Shown piece after piece: positions 46,519 through 58,916 of a stretch of 64,000 bases of DNA. The stretch comes from Yuukianura sp. NJ FZ-2021. Taxonomy: Eukaryota. Numbering within the stretch: the first letter of the stretch is position 1; each line of letters opens with the position of its first letter. The position numbers and the translations under genes are program-made. The DNA lies in the NCBI GenBank assembly GCA_046563655.1, contig CM102286.1, positions 14,322,001-14,386,000 of the forward strand, given 5' to 3'. A model generated the notes under the pieces. It was not told the DNA's origin, ran no database searches, and saw only the letters and a program-made list of their open reading frames with translations.

Positions 46519-47549
46519 TTCTCCTCACTTTTTTTTTGTTATCAGCAATGCCAAAAGTATGTATTTTTTAAAAATCTTTCATTTTTCAACTTCTTTAAAC
46601 TACAACTAAGATGTTGGTCCTTAGCCTAAAGCCTAAAGCTTCTGGAAGGTGAAAAATTGGCCACAAGAGTATTGGAAATTGAACACTTCCTCTTGGATAA
46701 TCAATTGACTCAATTAATTAATTACCGCAGATGAGGGATTACCGCATTAGGAGAACGCAAAACCGCATAATTGAGTTTGTTTATTGGACAAAGGTAATTC
46801 TTCTTATTCAATCACAGCGGAACGTGTACATAGGTAAAGCGATGCTAAACCGCAGCCTCTTCCAAGTCCGACTTGGTAACAAAGTGTGTACCGGTTTGGT
46901 CGGCACACAAAACGGTACTGTACCGGTTTGTTCTGAATAAAGCCATTCAATCCTGCTGACATGACCTTGACCTTTGACGTGAACAAATTCATTGCCCCAA
47001 TTTTAAAGCAAACAAGCCAAAACATATTTCAGAGAAACCGCAAATTATTTTTTTGGAAATACGATTTCAAAAAGTCAGAGTTTTCCAAACAGAAGTGTTT
47101 CGATTTTAAAAAAAATTGGCGGGAAGAGAAGGGCATTTTGAAAATGTGATAACAACAACATGTCATTGACGATTTAACTTTTTGTGGATACTTCCTGGAA
47201 CGCTAATGTCATGTGACCTAATGCATAAAAATGTATTAAAGTATATTATTCTGAGAAATGTGACAAAATATGTTGGATGAACATCCAGGAAGGAAATCGT
47301 GGCTTTAATATTTTTTTTTCTTAGTTTACAGTATGGTTCACATAAACTTGTTCAATCACTTTGACTTTCCTTACAACATGGATTGTAAGTAAATTAAGTC
47401 AAAAGGTTATGACGGGACACTCTGTACATTTTTGGATTTGTGACGCTAATGCAGAGAATATTGTTTGACACAGGAATATTTTAATTTGGTTTAGTTGCTC
47501 GATTCACCGCACATCGCTGAAATCTGAAATTTTGAAACAAAAAATCGAA

Positions 47550-48360
47550 ATGGCTGTTGTTTGGTTTCGAGTATTTTTGAAAATTGTCACTTTCCTAACT
47601 TTCGTAAGTCTCAACGTTGCTCGAAAACTTGAACTTTGACCTCTATACGGCTCACTTTTTTCAGGTAATGTCGGTTGTGGTCATTGCAGTAGCTGCTGTG
47701 ACAATTGTCGGGGTCACCAAAGGTCACAGGTCATCCGAGGTCACGAGGTCAACTACTCCGTCGTCCAATGCTGCAGTACATGAGGCTCAGCCAATAGGAA
47801 GCGAAGACGCTGAAGTACATCATAAAGGAGACGAATTGAAGAAACACTTTGTCCCAAAAGTTCCAGAACTGAAAGGAGAACACAAAAAAGTTGTCCTCGG
47901 ATCGCTGATTTCTGCCATCGCTGCAGCACTTTTGCAAATGCTGTTCTCTCTCTTCACACTCCTGTCTTGTTCCAGAGTAAGGCAACTCCTGGAATTTCAA
48001 GAAAGCACAATTTTTAAAAATTTTTGAAAAATTTACATTTTTTAGGAAGTTGGACGAAAAATCAAGTGTGGATTGCTGGTTTACCTGATGGTGTTCCTCA
48101 TTCTGCTTATTTGCTTTACTGCTCCAGTGGCCTACGATACTTCCAAAGGCCACCGACTGCATTTTCATGAAATCCAAACAAAACTTACGGAGGACTTGAA
48201 GGGCCTCGGTGGAAAAAGTGTTCATGAAATTTTACTTCATGAGCTGAATGCCTTCTTGATTGCTGTTGGGCTCAACGAAGCACTGTTACTCGGAACAATC
48301 ATTTTCTTTACGTCTGCATGTTGCTGCAAATGTGGAAATTACAATTACAGACCAATTTAA
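47550..48360 (+). CDS. Four-TM tetraspanin-like membrane protein (3 exons)
   Basis: Exons 47550-47603, 47666-47976 (approximate) and 48046-48360 splice in phase 0; four hydrophobic segments; C-terminal CCCKC and YRPI. Confidence 0.65.
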
Positions 48361-48574
48361 TTCAATTTCATTTGAATTGTAACAAAAATGCTTAAATCTC
48401 AACAATAAATGTCGCCTAACCTGTACCAAGGTTAGGAATTTCTAAGTAATAATTTAAGTGTATAGAATAAAGTTTTTCCAAATCTGTGGCTAAAAAACAG
48501 TGTGGATTGGAAAATTTCCAGCTTTTGGAACTTTTTGGTTTGGTTCGAAATTCGGGTTTTGATTGAACTTAATT

Positions 48575-49944
48575 TCAGTCTTGTTTGACGACGTTTCGAT
48601 TTCCTCCGTCTCGTAATTTCATGAAAGCATCGCGACGTGCAAGGACAGCACTGACCCTGAAAATGCGAAAACAGATTTTACAATTCACTGTTTTTTTAGG
48701 TTAAGTTTTTGTTTAGGTCTGTTTTCTTGTGTGTAAAAAGTAAAAATTTTGCTAAAAACTTACTTTGAAACGAAGTACGGCATGTAGGTAAAGGCGTACA
48801 TGATTATCATTAAAGGAAAAATTCCTTGCCAGGATTCCTCCAGTTTGTTGGCAATGGCAACTGTGCTGAGGTAAGCACATCTCTCAGCTGTCATGCGCCG
48901 ATCACTCTCCTCCATGTTACTACCAAGAGCCTAACAAACAAAATGAGTAATAATCGTAGTAATTTCGATTTGAATTATCGAATTATACTTCGCCTGGCTT
49001 GTCCGTAGCACAAGGACCCAAGAGTGACGAAAACGTCGGTCCAGGACAGAGCAACGTCACGTCGATATTGCACGACCGAACTTCGTTCCTCAGTCCATCA
49101 AAGTATCCCTGTCATAAATTGTCCAGTTAGTTACAATGAGGAGACAGCCTAGACAGTTTAGGTTTAATTACGTGAATGGCATGTTTAGATCCAGTGTAAG
49201 ATCCGGAAAAAGGTGCTCCAATTTTTCCAGCAATGCTTGATGTGACGACGATGTGACCTCCACCGACCTCCAGAAAGTAGTTGACAGCTCTCCGACTCAA
49301 GTTGACGACTGAGAAGACGTTGAGTTCAAACAGTTCACGATCAACTGCCAAGTCAATCTTCTGCCACTGTGCTCGTTGACTTCTTCCAGCATTACAAATG
49401 AGGATGTCCAACTAAACATTGAAGAAACAAGGAATCTTAATCACTTCTTCGAAGTAATTAAGTTATTAATCGATTAACTTACCTTTCCAAATTCTGAAAT
49501 CACTTTGTCAAACACCTCTTTATGAACGCTCAAGTCCACCATGTCAAAAGGCAACACCAGAATATTCTTGTTTTGCATTGTTTTATACGTTTTCATACAG
49601 TCATTCTTAACCCGCTCCAATTCTTCCTTCCGTCTTCCAGATATGACGAGCTTAACTTCCGGAGTTGCAGCGATTTCCTTGGCCAATGCTTCCCCAATTC
49701 CACTGGAAGCTCCAGTGATCCAGATTACTTTACCCCGGAATTCAGTTGCTTAAAATATTAAAAAACGTTAATTGACATTCAGCGATGTTAATGTTAAGTA
49801 GCATGTAAACTTATGATTACCCGGTGCTCTGCCAAATTGCGTTGCCATAAACGTTATGATGTCGGAGTCAGTGAGGACGACAATGGCAATACACGTCGAC
49901 AAGAAAACGATCATCAAAACAATCAGTAACATAAATACCTCCAT
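48575..49944 (-). CDS. DHRS7: Dehydrogenase/reductase SDR family member 7
   Basis: N-terminal TM segment; VIWITGASSGIG; ILICNAGRSQRA; YTGSKHA (YxxxK); LLCPGPTFS; RMTAERCA. Confidence 0.9.
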
Positions 49945-50411
49945 TGTAGCTTTAATTGTTAATCTTCTAACCCTCAATTACAGTTATACTACTGGATCCC
50001 CGCATGTGGACAGACACTGATTTACCATATGATCAAACTTCAAAAGTCACATGTGTTTAATCAGAATGTCCTTCAACTGTATCACCCCTCAGACAAATTA
50101 AGTTAACAAACAACTAAACTAAACAACTCCTTTTGGAACCTACTGTATTCTCTTTTGAACGGGGAATGAATTGAAAATTACAATGTTATGATTTATATAC
50201 AGTACACACCATATGTTTTCGGATTTATCCTGTAAAATCCCAACAAACAAACAAAGGAAGAATCAGGAAACAGCTAATCGAGGTCAACAAATATAAAATG
50301 TACAGGGTGTCTCAACTTTTCTGGACATTGCATCCACCACTATTTTTTAGTACATAATTATTTTTGAAATCTAAAGTTATATTTAATTTGAAAACCAAAG
50401 TATAAGTTCAT

Positions 50412-52516
50412 TTAGTTAGTTTTGGGAGGAATAGCGAACGGTTCGTGATTTTCCCGGATCAACGTGAAGGAGTCAATGACCTTGCCATCCTGAAAAGAAA
50501 AAAGACGAATTAATAATTATTTAATATAATAATAATTAATTTAATTACTAATTAAATTAAAACTCGAAATTGCGTTGATAAATTACTTGGTCATCCGATA
50601 CTTGTTCAAAATACAAGTGCGTTTTGTTCAAAACTTTCAAACGGCTGTAGCCATAGTCCACACTTCGGAATGCCGACCACTCTGGTTGCACGGGTGGAAA
50701 ATTGTCATGAATTTCTGAACAACCCTGTACATTTTTTTAAAAATCAATTCTCTGTTCAAATGTTTTCTAATTTCGCGCCAATTCACTCACCGCTGATCCC
50801 GTGATGATGTGGGTCATTGACCCCGGATTTTTATACGGTTCTTCGTAGCTGCCATTGTACACTTTTCTATTGTAAATTGGCCATAACCGCTCATAGGAAT
50901 GTTCGTGCGCCCAAATCGTCAAATCCACACCATTTTTCATAAAAAGATCCTCCAATCCGTACCTGTAGTACCAAAATTCAAAAATGTTTTGGCGGGAAGA
51001 TGTAAATTTCAAATATTTTCAAAACTTGCCAATGTAAGAGTGGAATTCCGACGCGTACGAGTGTTTCGTGATTGGTGCAATCGTCGTGATCGCCATTTGA
51101 GCAGTACATGGGCCGATGCCCATACACGATAATCCACGGTCTCTGGGCTCTGTTCTCTGGCTTATTGGCTTCCTGTTAATTAGTTAATCAATTAAGTTGT
51201 AATGAATTAATTACTTAAATTAATTAGTTTTTGTACCGCTAAATCCTTTTGTAGAAAGTCATACTGTTGCAGTAACGGTTTGAGTCCATACTGTAAGTAG
51301 TAGTACACTTCAGTTGAAATGCTGACGAAGTGGATTGGTCCAATGTTCCAACTGAAGAAAAGCGAATCAAACTTTCCCGGCATTGAAAAGCGGCCTTTAT
51401 AGTGCAGAAAGTTACTGAAACCAACAAATGATTTTTGAAAATTGAATACAAAATTTCGAAATTTTGAAAACAGCAGCATCGTTCAAGTACTTTCGGTATT
51501 CGTGATTTCCTGGACAGGTCATGTACGGAACGTAGGCAGCGATAGACTGAATTTGGTCCATGAAAGAGTCCCCTACGAGTCCATTTTCCTGAAAACGAAA
51601 ATGGCACTAAATTTTTCTCAAAAATTTTTAAATTTCAAAAAACGTTTTTTTTTTACCGAGTCCATGTCATAGGCGAAATCTCCAACATGAATAATGGCGT
51701 CGTACATGTCTTTATGAACTTCTTTTTGAAGTCGTGTTAGAGACTGCGCATTTTCGTTCCCCATGTCACCGAAAACTGCAAAAGACGGAGCCCAGTTGGG
51801 GTCAGACTCCATTGACTTGAAGAAGTACAGGTCAGACCACCCCAAGTCACTTCCACATTGATAGACTTTTCAAAAAGTAAAAAAAAAAATGAAAATTTTG
51901 AATTTTTTAAAAAGTTAAAAAAAAGTTGACTTACTGTAGGTCATGTCCAGAGTGAGATTTGTTAGTTTGACCCTATGGATGTACTGCGTAAGGTGCATTG
52001 ACCCGGCATCTTCGAAAACTTTTGAAGTTCCCACCGCCGTGAATTGACTGATTGAATGGCGACCGTAGCCCACTTTTGGTAAAGATCCATTCAGGCTGTC
52101 AATCGTACTCCATGTCACCACCATCTCAGTTGGCAAATCTGAAGGTCAAAGGTCAAAAGTCAACGGCCAAAATGTCAAAGGGCAAAAGTCAGTAACCCAT
52201 AAAACAAACCCTTCTGCAACATCGTCTTTATGTAAAAGAGTTTGTTTTCTTGTGTTGCTGACTTTTCACCTTTGACATTTTGTCGCCATTTGACATGTGG
52301 TTCGAAATTTCAAAATTTGAATTTACCTCCATAGGAAAGATGAACATGTCTTGGTTGGACACGCACGATTTCAAAATTTTGATCAACTGCTCCACTTTTT
52401 TCTGAAACTCTCTTGATGACCTCGCGTAGCCTAGCTTCAACCAAAACGAAATTTGTTGTGATAAAAACTAAATTCAAAATTACTAAAAGCGTCTGTCGAC
52501 GCAACTTGGCAGCCAT
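50412..52516 (-). CDS. ACP7: Purple acid phosphatase, acid phosphatase type 7
   Basis: Signal peptide; QPRHVHLSYG; FGDMG; GDFAYD; GNHE; MGHRPMY; AHEHSYER; HIITGSAGC. One GC-AG intron at 50963-51029. Confidence 0.93.
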
Positions 52517-53065
52517 TTTGTGCAACACACTTTTACGAAAAGTGTTTTTTTGGAACTGACTTTCACAAAGGCAAATGATGACTCGTACTAAAAAGTGACT
52601 CGTGTTTTGTTTATGGTTTTTGAAAATAATAGGGTAGTTATAAATATAAATTGGAACTGAAGGAGTGTATGTACTTCGCTAGAGTTTGTAAAACTAACAT
52701 GCCACTTTACTATTGTAATTTGAGGTCATTTGAAGGAGTAAATTGAAGACGAAGATACATGAATCATGGCGTGTGCAGCCTGTTATGTCATCGACCATTT
52801 CAAGAAATATAGCCCTTTTATTAGAACTTTTTCTAATCTGGTAAAGATAAATAGAAGTTGAGCAACTAATATAGAAAGTTTTTACAACAAGAAATGTAAA
52901 TTGTAAATTCAAAAGTTCATATGTATAGTAATATGTAAGTGGCCAAATGTACACGATGGCTTGTGAGGGGGACATTCATAATACCATTGTAGATTGGTCC
53001 AGTATGGTTTCAGAGTTCATTCCATTAGTAGACAGACAGACACGACAGAAACATCAAGTAGCAAA

Positions 53066-55793
53066 CTACTTTAGAGTTAAATCAGTTTGAGTCCCGGCTT
53101 TTGACTGCATTTTGAGTCGTTCCAGTTCCAGTTTTAAGCCGCCAACATGGTACTCGGCTTGCATTTTGAGTCGTTCCAATTCCATTTTCAAACCATCTAC
53201 CTTGTACTCCAGGTCCTTCACTTGTCTATCCCTATAAATTTCACATTAAAATTATTCAATGTAAAGTATAATTCCCGTAGTGAAAAATCCAAACAATTCT
53301 GTATGGGGGGAGATCACCAGCAAAAGTGTTTGTAAATCTGTAACAAAAAATATGTTATACTTTGAATTTGTTTTTTCAGAAACCGAAAAGTCGGCGTAGA
53401 AAAAAAATCTTTTTGCGGAAAAATGTCGATGCAGAGAAAAGTTTTTTCAGATTTTATCAAATGTTTTTGCTGGCGATCTCCCCCCGTAATTCTGAACCGA
53501 CTTCTGCATATAGAGTGCCATGACACCAGCATTGGGCACAGGAATAGATTCTGTTGTGTCATTGACAACTGTAACTCTGGTGGGCTGCTCATAATTTTGT
53601 AGTCCCGACGCGACCAAAAAGTTTGGAGGATACTGAAAAACATTTTCAAAAGAAAAGAAGATCGACTTACAATTAGTAAAAAAAAAATTTTTTTAATATG
53701 GACTTATACATACAAAAATTAGTATTAAAATCAGGGTTGCTATAGCGCCCATTTATACAAATCGCTAACAGGTTATGACGTAACTCTTTTCAAAAAATTA
53801 CGGAAAAACTTTTGTACGAATCCCTTTTGCGTTACATAGCGCGACGTCAACAAATCGAAGAAAAATTCAAAACAAACACTTTTTAAAACAGGAGTTATGG
53901 CATAACCTGTTAAGCAAAAAGCAAACAGAATTTCGATTTAAACAACCTTGATCGAAACGTTCATGGAGTTACCTTACCTTCGGTAGGTGACAAATATTTA
54001 TCAAATTTTTGAAATACTGAAGGCTCATTGCTTTTTCGTAGAATTTTTGGAGGCCTGTGAAAAATTTTAAGAACCGATCCCTGTGCCCATTTAGTAGTCC
54101 CGGAGACATTTCTAAGTAAAATGAACATTCCGTTAAGCGCTGAGCATCGTAAAAGTCAAATCGTAACGTTGGCCGTACTTGAGTGTAGACGGAACATAAT
54201 TTTTGTGATAAGGTCGTAAAGAATCATGGAGTCTTGGATACACGGAATTAGCGGCTTCAGTCTACATTGTCCTGCCTTGGTCATTGAAACCTCATTTGTG
54301 CACTCGATAGCTTTAAAAGTTAAAAATTCACAAACAAATCACATAAAACACAAAATTTCTTAGCAAAATAATCCAGACAAAAATTTTACTGTGACATTGC
54401 AGGTCCACGACACAGTCCAAGTAGTCAAACATATCAGTTGCAAGTGAAAATCTGAAATGGTAGAAAAACCCCCAATAAAATATTTGTTAGGCTTGAGCAA
54501 GGTTTGCTGACTTGTGATTTTCTTTAACAGGTTGGGTAATACCTCACGTTTTTCCGATTTGGCAGGAAAAAGTATTTTTTCATTTCGATGCATCTTAATA
54601 CAACCCATTTTTGTTTTAAATTTTGTATACAAGTTTGTACCAATTTTTCGGATTGGTACTAATTTATTTTATTTTTATTTTTTGCGAGTTAGTAGAAACG
54701 AGGTAGAAGCCAACCTGTTAACGAAAATTATCTTTTCGTTGTCAAGGAACCTTGGGCTTGACATTTTTCAATTTAAAAAGTAACTAGAATACTCACAGTG
54801 CAGCTTCACTTCCTCCAGTACTTTCTATTAGAGCATGATCATCCACATTTAGATCTCCAGGAATTTTTGAATTCTTCATATGGAACGTGAGTTTGGTAGA
54901 AAGGAGAGTGCAGTATAGGTAAGCCAAATCCTCATAACCGCCAATGTTGAAGTAACTCTGAAAAATTAGTACAAAAAAAAACGAAATTACGGCAAGAACC
55001 TTGGAAACAATTCTTTGAAAAATTCCTCACCCAGAATCTTGCATGCTCATTAAGCAGAGGTTTATATCTTTGAGAATCTTGTAATACGTTCTCATGTCCT
55101 TCCCGTAATACCTGCCAAAATTAACGAAAAACTTACCTAAATATTTAACATCTCGAACAAAAATAATTGTAAAAGTTATTCACTTTGTGCCAAGGTTGTT
55201 TAAATCGAAATTTTGTTTTCTTCTTTACAGGTTATATATCATTGTACCATAACTCCTATTTTTAAATTTTCAAATTTTTTGAACCACACAGCTGACTAGG
55301 CTCGGTTGCGTTGGCAATTCGAAATCAAAACTAAGACTCAGCAACGTCAACAACATTAAAGATTTTTATAAACTTATTGTAAAAATATTGTAAAAATAAA
55401 CAAAATCGTTCAAAAAGTTTTTTTTTTGTGTTTTGAAAAAAAAAAACTTGGAGTTATGGCATAACCTGTTAGCCTTTTTGTATACATGGGCGCTATAGCA
55501 ACCTTGCCTTGTGCAGTAAATGACAAAACTTCCAACAGATAATTGGGTTTTCTTTTAGTGGAATTCGATGAAGGCATTCCCAAAACGTTTGAACACCTCT
55601 CTCGTGATATGTTCCAATAATTGCACCTAAAATAACATAGTAGTTAAAAAGTTGGTAAGATCATTTTGGCGAAAACTTTCAAATTGTAAGTAACGTCTTT
55701 GGTAGTAGTAATTGACACTTTATCCTTACTGCGAATATGTTTTTCCTTTACAGCCTTTTCTTGTGAGTTGACAGCTTTCGACAGGCTGTTATC
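53066..55793 (-). CDS. HIP1/HIP1R (Sla2)-like ANTH-domain protein, C-terminally truncated; first exon not resolved
   Basis: Exons 55793-55730, 55626-55508, 55111-55031, 54957-54797, 54451-54390, 54310-54179, 54111-53978, 53632-53502 and 53231-53066 total 1050 nt in one frame. They read SLSKAVNSQEKAVKEKHIR..IIGTYHERG..CWKFCHLLHKVLREGH..MFDYLD..AGQCRLKPLIPCIQDS..GHRDRF..LQYFKNLI..PPNFL. Confidence 0.85.
53302..53488. mobile_element. MITE with G-rich TIRs in the last intron of the ANTH gene
   Basis: tatggggggagatcaccagcaaaa ... ttttgctggcgatctccccccgta, flanked by attctg on both sides. Confidence 0.7.
53732..53950 (+). mobile_element. CAAGG/CAGGG-ended MITE, same family as 55191-55506 in the opposite orientation
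   Basis: cagggttgctatagcgccc...aatttcgatttaaacaaccttg matches the reverse complement of the ends of 55191-55506. Confidence 0.75.
54498..54754. mobile_element. hAT-type CAAGG-ended MITE
   Basis: TIR caaggtt/aaccttg; TSD ggcttgag/ggcttgac (7/8). Confidence 0.8.
55191..55506 (-). mobile_element. hAT-type MITE inserted in a 5' splice site of the ANTH gene
   Basis: TIR caaggttg/caaccttg; TSD ctttgtgc (55183-55190) and ccttgtgc (55507-55514). Confidence 0.85.
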
Positions 55794-56463
55794 CTGAAAA
55801 AACGTTGAGTTTTTATACTGATCTTTTACACCGAAAGGCTTTGTCAGTTCAATTTTTTAAAGGAAACAAAATATGTTTCATAAAATGCGTAAAGTTTTTT
55901 GTCACGAATCAAGGTTCATATTAAAATACTCTTTCAGCGTAGTCTGAACATACCGTACCGCACGCCAAACAATTTGATGTAAACGTAGTACATTCAAAAC
56001 AGAATAAAATAGGATTGCAGTTATAAATATTTCTCGTAATTACCCATGCTACGCCAGAAGAATCCCCCTTTTTAATAAAACTTAACATTTGACCTTTCAA
56101 AGTCATTTTTAGGATTTAAAAGCTACACTTCTCGGATTACTCTAACAAATGTTCAAAATAAGTTCAGACAAAAATTGTGAACAGACGTAAACGCCTGTAG
56201 AACTTCAATCAACAACAAAATAAAAAAAAAATTAAATAATTTAATCTTCCAACACACTAAAAGTAAGCGATCTATTCCGGAACAATTGCGTTTATCGTGT
56301 TCAGATAAAGTCTTATCGGATGTTCTGCCCTTGTAAAGATAAATCAAAATTGAGCAAGTGGAAATGCAAGTTGTGCGGTCAAAAGTTATTTACCGCTGTG
56401 GAGCATGAGGTTCATGGCTAACATGGGTCGAGAGGCAAAAAATGGCAGTACAAAAAAAAATAC

Positions 56464-56530
56464 AACCAAGTGGGAGTCGAACCCACACCTATTCAATCCG
56501 AGAAGAGCCCTAACCATTGCGCTATCACGT
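56464..56530 (-). repeat. tRNA-derived fragment (SINE head or tRNA pseudogene)
   Basis: Minus strand has an A-box-like tagcgcaatgg and a B-box ggttcgactcc with a T-arm stem (gtggg/cccac); no acceptor stem or anticodon arm is evident. Confidence 0.5.
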
Positions 56531-56772
56531 TCTAGTAGAAATTAAAACATAAAATTCAATTTTTTCCTCATTTTTTTTTATTTCGTTAGACAGTATTGGA
56601 TTGTCAAAATAGCTTAAGAAATCAACTTTTATGCAAATGCATGTTTATGTAAATTGGTATGTAACATATTTTATGTAAGCTGCTTATGTAAGTAGATTTT
56701 ATGTTTTAAGTTATATTTTTTATGAGAGTTGGTTTAAATTGGAATTTTCATGGAGAGTTTCATGTTTGAGGT

Positions 56773-57470
56773 CATGTCAAAGGTCAACAATCCAAAAAAC
56801 AAAGCCGGCACCTAGAAGTATTATGTATTATGTGTTGTTGGCTTTGACCGTTGACCTTTGGTTCTAAACTTCAAAAATTTGAATTTACTTCCATAGGAAA
56901 GATGAACATGTCGCGGTTGGACACGTACGATTTCATAATTTTGATCAACTGCTCTACTTTTCTCTAAAACTTTTTTGGTGATCCCGCGTAGCCTAGCTTC
57001 AACCGAGACGAAATTCGTTGCAACAAAAATTAAATTCAAAATTACTAAAACCGTCTGTAGAGGCAACTTTGGCGACATTTTGTGCAGGGCAATGTTTTTG
57101 CTAAAAGTATTTTTTAGAACTGGGTTTCATAAAAACAAAATGACTCGTACTAAAAGGCAATTTGTGTTTTGTTTATGGTGTTTGGAAATAATAGGGTGGT
57201 TATAAATTGGAACTGAAGGAGTGTATGTACGACGCTGGAGTTTTGCAAACTAACAAGCAACTTTTACTGTTGTATTTTCTTTGAGGTCACTTCAAGGAGT
57301 AATTGAAGACGAACTTTGATACATGAATCATGGCGTGTGGAACATGTTATGTCATCGACCATTTCAACGAAAAATATCTAGCATTTTGTATAGAACTTTT
57401 TTTTAATCTGGTAAAGATAACTTGAGTTTGAACAACTCTTAGAAAGCTTTTTACAAGAAATGTAAATTAT
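56773..57470 (-). pseudogene. Partial duplicate of ACP7 (upstream region, exon 1 and part of intron 1)
   Basis: MSPKLPLQTVLVILNL...VQPRHVHLSYG parallels ACP7 exon 1; upstream 57080-57470 aligns with 52520-52910; no downstream ACP7 exons follow. Confidence 0.8.
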
Positions 57471-57530
57471 AACGCCGAATTGGAAAATTTTTGTATAATT
57501 GAGATGAAAAATTGATTTGATGAAGAGGTG

Positions 57531-57734
57531 TTAGAAACGATTCAGGAATGTTCGAAGCTCAACAGCATTTTCGAGAAGAACGTCGGCTCGATTCTTAATT
57601 GCAGTGATGTCTTCATCCCGTTCCATTCGTCGACACATCTCCTTCTCCAGCTCTGCGTATGCCACGAACAAATCACGCTGTAAGGTTCGTAGAGCTTTCA
57701 TTTCTTCATTACGAATGAATGGATCTGGGCTCTC
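57531..57734 (-). CDS. Putative terminal exon of an unidentified small helical or coiled-coil gene
   Basis: Acceptor ttttag followed by 67 open codons ESPDPFIRNEEMKALRTLQRDL...RTFLNRF*; upstream exon-like segments at about 58100-58460 could not be joined confidently. Confidence 0.35.
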   Translation of the reverse strand, partial: ESPDPFIRNEEMKALRTLQRDLFVAYAELEKEMCRRMERDEDITAIKNRADVLLENAVELRTFLNRF

Positions 57735-58916
57735 CTAAAAACAATTTTAAAAAAATCTTTACTTAACATTGTGGGTGTCAGAACGGTAGAATGTAACTTT
57801 TATAATAAATCCCTTGAGAAATTAGAATTTGTTCAAGCCTCTTTAAAAAAAGAGAAAGTAATAGTGAAGTAAACGGTGTATGCGATCTTTTAGACAAAGT
57901 GACTTTTTAAAATACCGGTTTTTGGCGCGAAAGACAAACTTTCTCTTCCTTTTGATTCTAAGATGAAGATGTTGTCTGTCTTTGTATGTCTCGTGAAAAT
58001 ACGCCTGCCGTTATGAACCCTACACTTATTGTAAATTTGACATTGGACCACCCTTAATGACCTTAATTCTGTTTAAAAATTCGAAAACTAACACTTTACC
58101 ATTGCATTCCCTGAATGTGTAATTTAACTTTCCCTGACTCCAAGCGAACGGATGCCACGAGCAACAGTAACACGTTTCAAATTAGCAATGTTTGCCATGG
58201 TGACAATTTTAGAAATTTGTTGAAACTGATATCGGAGATAGTTCTTAGGGGACGTTTCAGACAGAAATGACCAGGTAAAATGATTTACCAAGAATAAGAA
58301 AATGTACAACCAAGGTCACCTTTATTAAATTTGATTTTAACTCCAGTTTTAACGATAGGATAAAAAATACGAATGTAACCGTCTTACCTTAAGCATTATA
58401 ATGTTGATGATTGTAAATGAGTTGTCTGCGTCTTTCGCCTTGTGAAACTGTCGAAGCAGTAGAAAAAATTAAAATTTTGTGCAATTTTAACAGGAAAAAT
58501 TGAGCTCTGAAACCTCCAAAGGTTTATAAAAAGAAATTCCAAGTTTTGAAGGCCAGAGGCTAGTAACCTTTTGTTTCCTGGTGTTAAGTCGACACCCCTT
58601 AAGTGCCTTAATTTTAAAAAATAACACATCAAAAATAGCAAAGTCCAGGTCCTCCTTCCCCTGCTTTCATAAGGGCGGATAGCATTAAAAATAAATCTTT
58701 TTCAAAAAAACTTTCGAGTGTAGTTTCATGTACGTGTTTAGTATATAGAATATTTGAAATAAAATCTAGAAATTCTAGAGCGAGGAATTATGAAATATTG
58801 ATAAGTCAACTTTTATGTAAACATACTTTTATGTAAGTTGGTAATGTAGATGCATTTTATGTAAGTGAATTAACTAGATTTTATGCATTATGTAGATTTT
58901 TGGTGACTTTTGAAGT

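Noticed and set aside
54040..54080. Apparent frameshift in the ANTH gene
   Set aside because: Recounting the A/T runs gives an intact frame (RDRFLKFFTGLQKFYEK).
55793..57078. In-frame fusion of the duplicated ACP7 signal-peptide exon to the ANTH exons
   Set aside because: The ACP7-like exon ends in phase 1 and the ANTH exon at 55793 starts in phase 0, so direct splicing is out of frame. A bridging microexon is speculative.
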